Part shown: piece by piece, positions 13,801-28,800 of the stretch
Numbering within the stretch: position 1 is the first letter of the stretch
How the letters are laid out: each line of letters starts with the position of its first letter
Assembly (NCBI GenBank): GCA_002633005.1
Contig: NMRA01000232.1
Span: 298,866-362,865 of the forward strand
Origin: Phoronis australis
Lineage: Eukaryota > Animalia > Phoronida
Direction: 5' to 3'
DNA: 64,000 nucleotides
The notes under the pieces: generated by a model
Told to the model about the DNA's origin: nothing
The model's database searches: none
Seen by the model: only the letters and a program-made list of their open reading frames with translations
Translations under genes and position numbers: made by a program

Positions 13801-16800
13801 GAACATCCATTCCACAACTATCATTGTATCAGCATAAGGTATTAATATTGTCAATGTGATGCATGAGAGAGCGCGTGAAGTGCAACGTTATGTGCATAAA
13901 TAAGACCGTGCTTCAGATACTCTGTACACGTATTTCAGATTGTGTGTTCGGTGACCGCTTGTGAACGGCAGGTATACAAACTTAGAAAAAAATTCTTTGC
14001 CAGCATTTTACGACAAGATATCGGATGGTTTGATGAGAACCAAAGCGGAGAACTCACCTCTCGACTAGCAGGGTATGTACCCCTTAGTGAACGTAAACTG
14101 CTCATGTTAAATTGATAGTAAGCATTTAATACCACACCAAACCATGATTTAATCAACTACAACAATGTCACTTAAAGCTTGAATAAACAATGTTCTGCCA
14201 CCGTTGCCTATCCTCAAATATTTGGAGCCTGTTAACATCTTGCGAAGCCTGGCTACCAAGGTAAGCGTTAATAACGTTTTGGGCGAGATACTAGGAGACT
14301 GTTGAGAAAGACCGCTCCACTTGAAACATAGGGGGCGCGCTTTGTGAAACTCCTGGTGAAATGAAAGGGCCCAACGCATTCCCGTTTCGATTTTTTAACT
14401 TTGATTGACCTGGCATCACATTTGTAGCATTTTATTTTCAGAGACCTGGAGCGCGTAAAAGAGGGAATCGGCGACAAGCTTAGCATGTTAGTGCAGACGG
14501 CAGCAACATTCATTGCAGGATTTGCCATCGGCTTCTGGAAGTGTTGGAAGCTCACATTAGTTATGATGTCAATGACACCACTGTTGGCATTTTGCGGCTT
14601 CTTCGCGGGAAAGGTGCAATTAAATTAAGTTCGAGTCGTTATGAAAAAATCTTTCAAGCCAAATCGTTAACCCGGCGAAGCGGTTGGGTTTACGTCAATT
14701 TAACTGGTGACTGCTCCTAATTGAAAAGACCAAATTTACAGTTTTTGTAACACGTGCTCAAACTAGCCATGTTAAAACTGCTAATATAAACTCGTCTTTA
14801 GTAAAAATAACGTCTAATTTTGATCAGGGGAAACCTTTTCTATCTTAACGTAGACTGAAATCGGGCTAACATAAGATCAGTTTGTCTTAGCCTAGATTCA
14901 AGAACTATTTTAGGACCACCGGAATATTTTTAAGTTAAGACCGAAACTTAACCAGCTACGCAGTAGGCTTAAGATAGGATTTTTGATCTAAATGACCGAA
15001 AGTTACGAATGCCATGGTCGTAAACTGTTGACGAACTAATTTCATTCACATTTTTCTCGATGTTTTACATTCTAATGGCCCTCAAACAATGTCAGATTGA
15101 AGATCGTCTGCTTTCGATTTGAGAACCGGCAAAGCACCGTAGAGACAAAGCAATGCGGGGGGGGGTCGACTTACCTGTTGATCTGAAGTGATGTTTTCCA
15201 GCCATACCGGGGTCTTCGCTTATTGAATGATCTCAATTGAATTGACTAAACCCCCACTCAGGATTTTAAGACCAATATTATACTTGAACCTGATTTCAAC
15301 ATCACCTCGCGTAGCCACATGCATTCGCAACAGGTGGCGAAAGTGTAGTTGAATCCCCTCCTATGCGACAAATTTCTGTCTAAGACCAGAGACCAAAAAC
15401 GACTTTTCATGAAACGGTTCTTTCTGAACTCAGTCTTAATTGAGACGAATTTTTGATCATATGCCTTACATGTAAGCTATTGAAATGCACTGTCCCCATT
15501 CACCCGTTGTAAAACTGACATTAATCTGTTGGAGAGAAAATTTCTGGGATTGAGAAGAACCAAAAATTCTTTATTGCTAAAGACCAAGGATAGAGATGAT
15601 TGGCTCGTCTCACTGAGTCACTGGCACTTTATGTGTCGATCTGTAAATTCTTCCAATTCAAGGATGTGAAAGTAAATAGTAAGTGGTCTATTTTTGACCG
15701 ACATCAAGCATACGCTTGCAGAATTTTGCAAACGAAAACATTTTACGGTGATCCACACATTGTATATTACAGTGAACGTTGTGTCGGTCCGCAATATATT
15801 GTTTGAATTGGCAATAATGTGTGTACGTGTATTTGTGCAGTTCATGTCAAGTTACGCTAAGAAAGAGGCCGAGGTATACGCAAAAGCTGGTAGTATCGCC
15901 GAAGAGGTCTTTTCATGCATAAGGACGGTGGTGTCTTTTCGAGGACAAGAAAAAGAAATAAAAAGGCAAGTCGTTTCTTCCGTAGAACTAACTTAGTTTT
16001 GGAAATTTTTCATATGTACTTTGTGTCTATGAATGTCATTCAGATCTTACAGCACTTGCATGGACAAGACTTTTTATCGAGCTTACTAACATATTTGGAG
16101 CTTTGTCAAAACACCCGAGAAATCTCCAGACCTGACTTTCATTGGTGATGAATTATGCAGTCTGCCACGAATCCAGAGGGGGAGGGTTCAGAGGGGTCTG
16201 GACCCCACCCTGCTCTGTCACGTTTTACATTTTTGTAATTCTCAAGCATACCCTATGTTTGTTGCTAGATTTTCGTGTCACAATACCAACATTATACAGT
16301 GAGTATCAACACAGCGATGCTGATAGAGCCTGATTGATGCATAAGGTTAATTGATTGTTATGATATAAGTTCTAATATCTCTGTTTGTGTACGGAATTTC
16401 ACAGGTACTCTAAGAGTGTGAAAGAAAGTCAGAGATATGCCATTAAGCGCGTCCTTGTTTCGTCCATCGGATTCGGCCTACACTACTTCATTATATATTT
16501 ATCTTATACTCTGTCGTATTGGTATGGGTCAACTTTGGTGGCAAAGAGCGAGATCACCCCTGGAACGGTATTCACGGTATGATGTGGAAGAGGTCAATTT
16601 TTGTTTACATGTGCGAATTTCAGTAATAATTTCAATTTTGTTTCGTTATGTGATTTCAAAGAGATATGTCTTCCTTACAAACAATCGCAAATTGTTAGGC
16701 ACCTAATCTCATTAACATAAATGCTCCACACAATTGACATGTTAACGCTGTTACAGTTTTCATTCGTCATTTCGTTGTCTTTTCATGCACTTTTTGCGTT

Positions 16801-19800
16801 TGTTCATGAAATTCGGAAACATCCTACTTTTTTACAGCCCTTCATGCAAAAATGGAACATTTTGTTTTACAGAACAATTCATATAAGTGCTGAAAGTTTC
16901 ATGTGCACCCAATCAACCGTTACTGAGATTTGATATTCCAAAGTTGGCCGAATTGGGAATTTTTTACGGTCCTACATAGCCTTAAAATTCAAGGCAAATA
17001 TTCTAATGTTATACAGGTGTTCTTCTGCGTCCTGGTTGGATCATTCTCTCTTGGCGGCATAGCACCGAATCTATCACAGCTTACAGCGGCCAAAGCTGCG
17101 TCAGTCAAGTTGTTCGAAATAATTGACAGGGTAAGAGAAGCCTGAAAAAACCAAAAGAAGGTAATGCAGTTCTTGCACTATGTTTACGTCCTTAAGAGGT
17201 AACGTAATTGAAGTTTTTGTTATAGAGGTTTAAAGGTATGAATAAGCACGTAAAATGAAATCTAAGCAAAACTCTGATTGCAGATATAATATTAATATGA
17301 TATTAAATGTCGAACAAACTAAAATACCAGTATTTGTTATTTTGGATGTTCATCGGTTTGTTTTCTGTTACTTTCGTAAGCGTATTCCGGCCGAGTTTTA
17401 GACTATTAGTGAAAAGGTTTACTATCGTTTCAGGAACCTCCAATTGATGCTAGCGCCCCCAACGGTGAAAGTATAGAAAACGTGAAAGGAAATATTGATT
17501 TTGCTTACCTCAAGTTTAGCTACCCCAGTCGTCCTCTTGTTAAGGTACTCAATTAGTTGTTTTCAGATTTTTTCCACTTGGATTTTTATTCCTCCATAAA
17601 ATGTTGTCCAGGTGTACATCATATCACAAGGAAAAGTCGTTTTTGAGTATCTGGACGTCCTGAGCACATGTCACACAGAAACTGCAAACTGCAAGCCGCT
17701 AGGGTTTTCGCCATTTTGAACACGGATATCATTTTGCAGCGTCATGCAGTTTGTCGTGAAAGTTTAGCAGTTGAAACAACACATTTAATCTTCAACTGTG
17801 TGAGAGCAAAACGGTTTATCTCGAATTACAACTTGAAAACTACAGTTTAAAAGCACAGCATAATTTGCCGAGAAACTATTTTCAGATCCTGAACGACATG
17901 GACTTCACTGTGAAAGCTGGCCAAACCGTTGCGCTGGTTGGACCTAGTGGTTGCGGAAAGTCAACAGTAGTGAACCTCCTTCAGAGGTTCTACGACCCTA
18001 CTGAAGGCCAGGTAAAATCATTCCAATTAACAGCACATGTAAAAAGGTCAATGCTTATTTTCGAAATGTGAAACTGATGTTGCGGAAAGGAGATTCCCTT
18101 TCTATCTAATAAACCATTGTGGAATGTTTAAAATATTTTCGCGTTGCATCTGCATTTTTGTAAGTACTATAGCAGTAGTTTTTTTAATACTACTGCAATA
18201 TTAGGAAATTCATACATTACAGATTTTGTTGGACGGGGAAGATATAAAAACCATGGACATCAAATGGTTAAGAGATCAAATTGGTGTCGTGTCGCAGGAG
18301 CCAGTGCTATTCGGATGTTCTATTTCTGAGAATATCCGTTACGGACGCTTGGATGTGACGGAAGGCGAAATACAGGAAGCGTCTAAAGCAGCAAATGCTC
18401 ACAGTTTCATCCGAAACTTGCCACTGGTATTATCGCTTAAATATGAATGCATTCCCAATGTCCTTCACGATGTGGTTGTTGTCTTATTCTTTTCATCACT
18501 AGACACATGTTAAAATTATTCTCGAATAACGTAACTACTTGACCTTATTCCACCATTCTTCACTGGACATCTCGTCAAAATTGGATTTTACTGATGTCTA
18601 GTTTACATTTTAGGAATTGATATCACGGTGAAACTTGGACAAAAAGGATTCCGCATTAAAACAGCTAAAACATCCTTTAATATCAAATCAATAATGCGGT
18701 CACATGTTCATGTCTTCAAGCAAAGGCTGTCAGAGGTCTAAACGCACAGACTACTGACACATGACAGCGTTTTCCCGTTCAGTGACTTTACCAGACCAAG
18801 GAGGTTCTGAGTGTGTGATAACAGCTAGCTTCTTTGTTAACTGCCAAGCACACTCTTTTGTCTGTTACGACAACAAGCAGGGCACTTATCTACCAGGCTT
18901 ATTACAGACCACGTGTGAACACAGTCAAACTCAGAGTGAATCGGTGTATTCGGAAAGAATAGATTGTAGTAACTTCGGTTGCAGTTGGGCGATTTTGGCG
19001 ATTCAAAAACTGAACACGATCACCATTTGACGAAGATTTCAGAAATGCTATTGGTTTATGTTCAAATATGTTATAACTTAACTTTTATTTTTAACAGCAC
19101 AGCCCACTCAGGGTAAATAGGATCTTATTGGAGATTAGAGAGCTGGCCCTCCAAACATGAATGCCAGAATGGAGTTATTCAGTCGTGTAAGATATTGGCT
19201 ACAGTGGTAAACTTCCCAACTTGTTGTTGGGCTATAGAATCGAACGAGTTGGGAGCAACGGGAAAACGCCGTAATGTTTAACGTCAACTAAACGTGGTTA
19301 ATCACAATCGGTAAAACAAAAACCTTCCCTTAGAAACGCACACCTTTGAACCTGTTACGCATCAAAAATTGCATTAACGTGGCTGTAGTTTTTCTCATTG
19401 TACGTCTGCAGGGCTATCAAACCCTGGTTGGTGAACGTGGCACTCAACTGTCTGGTGGTCAGAAACAGCGGATCGCCATAGCCCGAGCGCTGGTGCGTAA
19501 TCCGAAGATTCTTCTGCTCGATGAAGCTACGTCAGCGTTGGACAGGGAGAGCGAACGGACAGTACAAGATGCGTTGGATAAGGCGAGTGAATTCTTGGAA
19601 AAATAAGAACATAAAGGAGAACCTTTACACTGCAAATTCCAGATGTCTACGATGAAACCGACTCTCGCCTAAGGAATGCAAGAATGTTCGTGCTCATGCA
19701 ATATACCATAGGTTGATCACTCGATCTCCGCTTAGTTGTTAAAATAGTGTAGGTGACCTGATGGTTGCCTTCTGTGATGTAGCGAGATAAAGAATTTAGT

Positions 19801-22800
19801 CACTACCTGCTTCCCAAGAATACCGAACTGTGTAAAAATGGGTCAGAAACAGCGGTAGAGCTGGTAGCAAAGGCCGATTTAGTGAATTCTTTCCGACTTC
19901 GTGGCATAAAGTATGCAGCGCTCATTTTGAGAGCGGCATGAAAACGTATCTTGGAAACTGCCCAACAACATTTCCCTTGAAAGAAACAGCAATAAATACT
20001 CCACGGCGGGGGGTAGTGAAAACAATAACTTGTTTTCGCTTGACCAGAACCAAGCCAACCTGAGCAATTTTGAGGATAATGCCACTTCACAATCACCTGT
20101 TCTGTCGACTCACTTAACGCACACTATGCTAAGACAAAGTCCAGAATATTATTATTCACTTTCTACAAAATTGTGGTGCATTACTATCAAAATTCGTTGT
20201 TAAATTACGATCATTTTCAGAAAATTGCGGTGAAATCCCAGTACAGTCGAAATCTCGCCGACAGATGCGTAGCTGACGGTCTCGCAATCGTCGATAGTGA
20301 GGGCATCTTGAATTGTTGAATAAGAATACAGTTTCGACTCAACAAATTACCTGAAATCCTCCTTAAATGTTCCAAATAGCGTCTCTAAGATTTTTAAGTT
20401 CTTGTGGAGCCTGGATTAACTGCAGATTAAGTCAAAATTTGCGATAGATTGTAGCCCGCAGCACGAGAAAAATCTCTGGAGGAACACACGTTGTTGTCAC
20501 TTGACGTTTGTTTTGAAGTTTGTGTGCGTGTGTGTGTGAGAGAGAGTAAGCGTGCGTGTATTTGTCATCAGAGTTCATTTGCCAGAGTAAATGCGATGTA
20601 ATGATTTAGGTCATTGTAACCGAGAAAATTAACTCAAGCAGTAAAATAGAGCCTGTTTTAATATTTAGCTTAGCACTTGCTGGTCTCATCTGCTAAAAAA
20701 CGTTCGAGAATTGTTTCGGTAAGACCGATATGTCACTCAGTGAGTCGCCGGGTGAGTGGATGCGTGACTGTACTGTACTATTTTCCGGAAGATTCGGGGT
20801 GTAAGGGTGCGAATGTGTTCACGATCAGTGGGTCATTTTGACTTTAAAAACACCAATTATGATTAGTTAAATAATTTCTCTTAAAATAATGCAAAAGTTT
20901 TTTACGGTATTAGAAACTTTCGAAAATTAGTGCTAATATTTACTTCTTGCCGTTTCGTGAATAGATAGTTCCCGACTAAACGTCTTCGATGACAGCCGGT
21001 ACATTATGCGTGCTACACTGATCGATTTTTTTATTAGTCTTCGATTCACGGTTTTCACGTGTATAAAGAAGTTTGGATTCCTGTTGAGGCCGGAGAAGAC
21101 CTGTACCGGAAAGATACAATGCGCCTGTTTTCAAAGTCCAAACCATAGTGTGGCACATTCTTCGCAATAGCAGCAAAATTTTGCGTTCTTTTTGAATCGC
21201 GGCGTAAGTTTGAAGTGTATACTGACATAACGGTGAGGCTCGTGGTATACAAATTAAGGACTGTCGGATCTTTCAATTGATAAATTGGAGACGTTACTGT
21301 AGAATTTTAGAACTGTAGGTAAGGCATTTTTCGCATGTAGTTCATGGGCTGGGCGCTTACTTTAGCGAAGCCTGAAAACGCGTGGGGGCACTTATAGGGA
21401 CATGGGCGGCGCTTATTAGGGCGAATAGCGGCAGAATTATATACAGCAGCGTAGTTTATAGCCAGCCAGCTAGCTGTATGAAGACTGTACATAGCTTTGT
21501 ACCAAGGCTGCGTAGTTTAATGCACACAAATCACACGTCGTGCAAACCAATCGGCCATTCCACATACGTTAATCAATCCCAATAGCCTTTGCACACCCTA
21601 ATTTCCGGACATGCGCAATCGTTAAATCGATTCGGTTGCAACTCCGCTATTGAGACGAGTGTGGGCCTCAGGGTTGGGTACATGGCAAGAAACACTTGAA
21701 TTATGCCCTCTTATTAATCATCAGGTTGTTCACGAGAGTTTGTTTCAAGTGTTCGATGGTTTCTTTCAAAAACATAGACGTGCAGACTTTTGGATTTACA
21801 AGTGGGTAGCATTTATGTTGCATTCTTCAAATTTCACGGATGTGTGTTATGAGACTTGCGTCTTACTTAAGTAATTTATTTATATTGGCTTGCATTTCCA
21901 CAGGCGAGCCTAGGTCGAACAACCATCATAATTGCTCACCGTCTTTCAACCATCAAAGATGTTGACACAATTTTCGTGATCGAGGCAGGGGAGGTGGTGG
22001 AGACCGGAAACCACGTGGAGCTGATGGACAAGAGAGGTGTCTACTTCGACCTTGTAACTTTACAAGAGAAGCAGCACGAATCTAAGGAGACGCTCTATGT
22101 TACTCAGAAACAAAGTAAATGTCTTCGAGTTCGATATCTTTCCGCTAATGCGAAATACGCCCGTCATTCCTCGGTCCAAGGCAACCGAAAGTTACTCCAC
22201 ACTTGACCAAATTATCGACTATTTTTTAATTTGAAAGTTTATTCAAAGCTGCCACGTTTTCTTTATGAATAACTCATATTGTTTAAAAGACAGATCACAA
22301 GGGCGTCCTATAAATCGTGTTACAAGGAATTAGCGAAATATTAACGACCTCATAGTTGAAAACCGTTGTTTGGATTCATGTTTTGTCCGTAAATCCTTTT
22401 TTATTACGCCGACTTAGTATTCCTAATTACAAAGGAGAGAACCATTGACCGAAAGGAGTTAACTGATTGATCTCCTCTAAACTGATTTGTTCCAGTTTGA
22501 AATGTGCGATCATTTCAGCTTAACCTAATTTACTCTAGGTGGCTTTTATTACGGCGTAACAGGCGGCCTATCTTCATTCTCGTCGGACGGCATGCGGGAG
22601 CTGTATAAATCAAACAAAACCATCGGTCCCGGACAGTATTTTCCACTTAAAGTGCATGTAATTTTCATCCGAATAGAGTTGCTTGATTTCTATAACTTTA
22701 CATTCTCTCACACTAAAGTATCAAAAACAAAAATGTAATTATCATCTCTCTTTTCAGGGTCCGTCGATGTCTTTCGAAGTCATCGATCCACGGCATTTGG

Positions 22801-25800
22801 CTCAACATATCAGAGATCAAACCCGTTAGGAGCAAATTCTATTATCCATCTCCAGGCTGGAGCTGAAGAAGACATTCACTCTCAACATCAAGAAGATAAT
22901 GTAAGATAAGTTTTTAACATGATCGTCCTAGCAAAATTCTTGCTTATCATGAACATATATAGGTTAAAAAGACGCTACATTTATACAGCGTTCACATGCT
23001 GTTTGATCAAAAGGCGGATCGGACGCCGGACCCTCTGTTAACAAAAACTTCACATGTGAACGCTCGCCTTCCCATCTTGAGAATTTTACTTTCCAATGAG
23101 GCAACTTACGACTAGGCTCTGTTTTCCCCATGCTTTTGATACGCGATTGGACAGAATGATAGTGATAATCTGCGCACTGAACTTTTCTACGACATCGTGC
23201 AGATACTTAATTCGTTATTTGTTATCCAGGTTTATTTTTCCCAACAATCGCCTGGTGAGCACTTAATTGCACACGGATGATGTCGAATATCAAACATTGC
23301 CATACACAAAACGTACCGAAAGTGGCGTTGATGAAGTGATATCCCACGAGACATTATTCTGCGTATCCACCTTCCATATCAGTCGATACGCGGAATAATG
23401 ACCAGTGGGATATTTCTTCATCTACGCCAATCGACGTACGTTTTGTATTTATTCCATACGCTTCGAATTCCTACGTTTCTTTCATTTTTTCGGCAGATTT
23501 TTTAAATACTTCACTCAGACTGTTCACATTATATATGTGTGTACTTGCGCGTTAGTTTGCAAGTTTCCTCTGATAAAGAAACAGTTTTAAATGTAACGAT
23601 TTATTACTTGAAAAGAGATAACAATGATGAAAACAACAGTAACTGAGCATTGAATTTGTAACTTCTCCTGAAAATAGTTAAATAACAACAATATTTGATA
23701 TTGTAGTTACCGAAGAATCGGCGCCTGAGTTGCAGACGATATCATATGTCACATAATTAACAGTCCTGTTCCAGATGTTACGACTGGGAACTGATGTCAA
23801 GTGTCATTTACACTGCTAGATTTGTATTTTTGGAAACTTTAATGATCGAACCGGCTAACGACGTCGAGTCGACATTGACCTACCTTTTGAACTTTCCATG
23901 TCAGAGGTCACTGCTGAAGTAGTGTGGGAGGTGAATACGGAAAACATTATTACATAGCCGTATTGTACTCGACTGATTCAACGCGTATGGAATAGGAACT
24001 CCCCACGGGAATGTCTTCACGACAAAAAAGAAAAATCTAAAAGATTGAGAGAAGGGAATATCTGGACAAGAAACTTATTTTCAGTTTACGTTTCATCAAA
24101 TCAAAATCATATATGGTGGAACTACATGGGAGACCTGGTTACTTGGTCGTTTTAACGCCTTCTTAAGCATCTCTCCCGGGGTATACTACGTCAACGAATT
24201 GTCTGACAATGAGACACTTGATCCACAAGGCCGCCATGTACACTCACCTTCTTTTATTTTAGGAACCCGTTGATGATGTAAACTACTGCCAAATATTCGC
24301 TCTCAACAAGCCCGAGAAGTGGTACATTGTGATTGGCTGTTTCGCCAGTATCATTATGGGGGGTACTATGCCGGTGTTCTCCATTCTATTCAGTGAGCTT
24401 GTAAAGGTAATATGTTTATAGTATTTAACATTCTGCACTCAACGATACAGGCCAACATTAATGATGCTCCTTTCAAACCTAGTAATCATCCCAGAAGAGA
24501 TGCTGTTTCAACCACAGCCGGTGAAAAAAGATTTACAGGTCCTGCATTCCTTCCTTTTACAACACTGCTTCTCAAAGTAAACGTACCTATAATCAAACAA
24601 TCAACTCGTAACTCAGAGGTATTTATTAAATGTAGACCTTGGCCTGATTATACAGTTTATAATACAAGTTTACAAAAAACTGAAAAAATCTCTGATTTTA
24701 GCACCGTTGCTCGGCCTTGAGACATAGAGTGTAAGTATTTTTAATTGACCATGAACGGTACTTTGAAGTAATGACTTTCCATTAATACATAGACTTTTTT
24801 TGTATATGTTCTTCACCATCTCTTGGTCGCTAATGTAGTTGTAAATTCTGTGGTTTCCTTGCTTGGTTTCCTTGGTTGACCGATGTTCTACAATCCATTG
24901 CAGTAAGATCCTACTACGAATCTCCAACACTAAGGTCAATTGTCATCCAATTTTGCTCTGCAACGAGAGAAAAAGGAATAAGAATCAGAACACCCATCAG
25001 ACAGGCTATCATATTTATCTACTCAGGAGAGTTAGAACTCCACGCGAATAATCACTGCGTCACATTCCCAGTTAGTTCAACAGGCCTTACATTTCGCATT
25101 TTAGGTGTTCACTGAACCGAAGGAAGAAATGCTTAAAGAATCTGTGTTTTGGAGCCTTACGTTCCTGGGTCTTGCTGTTGGTTCGGGCGGTTCACAATTC
25201 CTTATGGTAAACATTTGATGAGTGCGTAAATTTGTCCCTTCAGAGATGTAGTAAGATTTTATGATTTATTCCACGATATTCCCACTTAGATACAGGTCAT
25301 AAGAAGAAAATCGCATTGACTATTCTTATCATTTGTTACCACTGGCGTATCAACCGAGGTCCAACTTTCAAGCAACCACGTCACATCTGTAGCCTGTTTT
25401 CCCTCTTTCTATTTCCCTCGTTTTCATTTTACCTACGTAAATTTTCCTGTTTTTTTGTTTCCAATGCATTTGCTTATATTATTGAACTTCAAATCTCTTC
25501 TCGTCCTTGATGGTGCCTTAAGCAATGTAGCAGTGGAACATCCTGAATTAAACGTTGGCCTTTGTATTGTGAACATCGCGACCTTTGTAGAATTATCTAC
25601 GGAATGGTGTTTAATGACATACACATAAGTTGAAATTTGACATGTGACCAGTGTGTTCATAGTGAAATTTGAAATTAAGATAATTTCAAAGTAAGTTTAT
25701 TTGAAGCTAAATTAAATGCGAATTAAATGATCTTAATCAAAACTTGATTCGTGTTTTGGCAGCAATTGATGTTTGGAATATCTGGCGAAAAGCTGACAAC

Positions 25801-28800
25801 GCGCCTTCGACAAAAGACATTCGCTAAAATAATCCAGCAGGATATCTCTTGGTTCGACGATTCCCGACATTCAACTGGAGCTCTGACCACAAGGCTTGCG
25901 ACGGACGTTCCAACTGTTCAGTCAGTACGTCACCAACAATATTGCTCGATCACACACCACACTCGTTGGACCCCAAGTGGTGTGCCCTTCAGTGTGAAAA
26001 GCAAACGTCATCATTATATAAACATGGCTTATCAATTCAGTTTTACTTGAATTATCGTAAGCATCAGAGGGTGCGTTGTAAGTCAATAAGGGCAACAGAA
26101 CTGAGACAACGGCAGCACTTGATTTCACTTGGTCAAAGGACTTGGAGTGTAAGCCAGAAGTAAACATACTTTTAGAATCAGATGTCTTAGCCGATTGACC
26201 CGGCGTAACATGTCTGTAGATAACTATTCACAGATACGCTGAGAAGGTAATTCAGCATCCCTTGAAACAAAACTTTGCTGAGGTCGCCTATACGTTAAAG
26301 TCATGGTGTCTCGGGGGTGTAACGAACACATGGGTTGATGAAACAAGTCAAAACTACCTGCGGACATATCTACATGTAGCACTCATATATCTCGTTCTAT
26401 ATGCCATTTTGTCAAAAAAACCTCTGGCGAAAACTTGATGCCGTGATTTGAAAAATCGAAGCCCGAAAGTAAACCGACCAAATTTCGTAATTTTCAACAC
26501 ACACACACTGACCTGGATTTTACTTGACTGAGCCATTTCAAAACGAGGACAGTTGTCGATGGTTTCAAGTAGCAGAAGGAAAACAGACAACGGATTCATT
26601 TTGCTTGGCCTTTTATTGACAAATTTATTTAATTTGAGATTACGATCTCTAGTGGCATGAGGACACCTGAACATATCGGTGGATAATTATATCATGACCC
26701 CGGGTGCTTAGTAACAACAGTGAAGGTAGAACGTTCCTAATTTCATTAAAAACTCTTACTCGACAAAACGTTTAGCAAAGCCATTACACGTGAGTAACGC
26801 TAAGTTCTGTCTGGGCAGAACCGGCGAAGTGGATCAAGTGCAGCCATAGTCACAACGCCGCCTGTATGACAAAAGTGACAGGCTGTGAAATGACAATGAC
26901 ACGCAGCGCAGAATGCACGTCAGTGCGCATGCCCCAGTTTGGATGTTTGTCAGGAATGAACCGGAAGTATAATGAATCGTTTTGTTGTTTCATTTCAACC
27001 CTTGTTATCTTAAATCAATAGCAAAACTCGAAATATCGCGGAATGCCGAGATTTCGTCTGTTCTTTTTGTTTCAGCAACCGCAAGTCACAAAGACAGTAT
27101 ACTGATGCATTTCTCAACATCACTGAACAAATCGGAAAGTCAGAATGTTACTTCTTTCTTTATATCGATGAACGAGAGGCCATGTTACTCGATCATTTCT
27201 CAGTGCTGCCCCCGGAGAAAACCTACAGTGATGAAAACTCTATTACCAGAAATGATGAACCAAAGAACCTATCTCTGCCCGAGAATAGTCGTTTGTCATG
27301 TATTACAAGAAGGCAAATAATTGAATTTTGCGCCTTTATGACAAGTGCAAAACAAAATTTTGCAATGTTCTTGTAAAAAAATAAGCCTACAAGAAATATT
27401 TTATAGTTCAAATGTAATGGTGCCAAATATACTTCACAGGCCACTGGAATGAGGCTGGGTTTCATTCTACAAGGTATCTGCAGCATCACTGCCGGTTTAA
27501 GCATAGCCATCTGGTTTGGTTGGATACTAGGCCTGTCTCTTGCCAGCTGCACTCCAATCCTCATCATAGCAGGTGGGAACTTGAATAAAACGAACAGGGC
27601 ACACTTGCTGCAGTTGTCGTTTCAAAAGAGCATACACTGTGAAGTGGCGTAAATACTGAGGAATATCGTTGCATCTCCCTTCCCCTTCGCCCCAGATTTG
27701 TGCCCGCACTCACCCCCTCCACGGTCGCCACTGGTTTTGTTCGCCGCCCTTTATATCGTTTGTGCCATTCTGCTGTCACTGGAGCTTCCACCAATTTTGT
27801 GTGCCTCCTCCCCCGTTAACCACCATTTAATCGAGTCCAAGTCCTTCGGTCACCGCCAGTCTTGTGTCACCTCTGTCGTTACGATTTGTTAGACCCCCAG
27901 TTTTTAAAATTTCATTCTAATTCAGCGATATCAAGAATATCACCAGGTTATCTTGCCGTGCACTTTGAGGTCACCTTTTCTTTTTGAAAAAAAAACGTCG
28001 CCGTGCACTGAAGAAGTTTTGTTAAAAGTGAATAGCTCTTTGCAAAAATGTCTGATCAACAAATATAACCTAATAAATGCGATGTTTTAGAACCACCTTA
28101 TAACTTGGATTAATTCTACTGCTAAAGTTTAGGTACTAAAGCCTGAAGTGCGCATGCTCTGACAGTTTCATTAATCAAGACACTGTCAGTCGGAATATAT
28201 ACCATGTGGTCGAATTTTGTACCATTTGATTACCTTTAGTTGTAAAATGTATTCTACGGTAAGATAATGACTCATTCTGAAAGCTTTTGCTATTCGTTTC
28301 ATCAGATCTCGGAACTCAAATTTTATTTCCTCTCAGTCTAAATATTACGAAGACAATTAACCGAGCATGGTTTCAATACACAGGTGTGCTACAGATCCGC
28401 TTGGTGTTGAAGCATCAAAAGAGAGACATGGAATTACTAGAGGAAGCTGGCAAGGTATTACTTTAACGTCTGTTTGTGAAGCGGAGTTTATTACTTTCCT
28501 GTTTATACTTTACTGGAGGAAGCTGGCAAGGTATTACTTTAACGTCTGTTTGTGAAGCGGAGTTCATTATTTTCCTGTTCATACTTTACTGGAGGAAGCT
28601 GGCAAGGTATTACTTTAACGTCTGTTTGTGAAGCGGAGTTCATTACTTTCCTGTTTATACTTTACTGGAGGAAGCTGGCAAGGTATTACTTTAACGTCCG
28701 TTTGTGAAGCGGAGTTCATTACTTTCGCACTTTACTTTATCTTTATAATAAACAGAAACACATTTCTATTTCGGATTTGCAGATAAAGTTACATTCCACA

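Noticed and set aside
28434-28726. CRISPR-like or prokaryotic repeat array
   Set aside because: Head-to-tail identical units with no unique spacers, in a spliceosomal gene; the same applies to 5836-5999 and 46011-48772.
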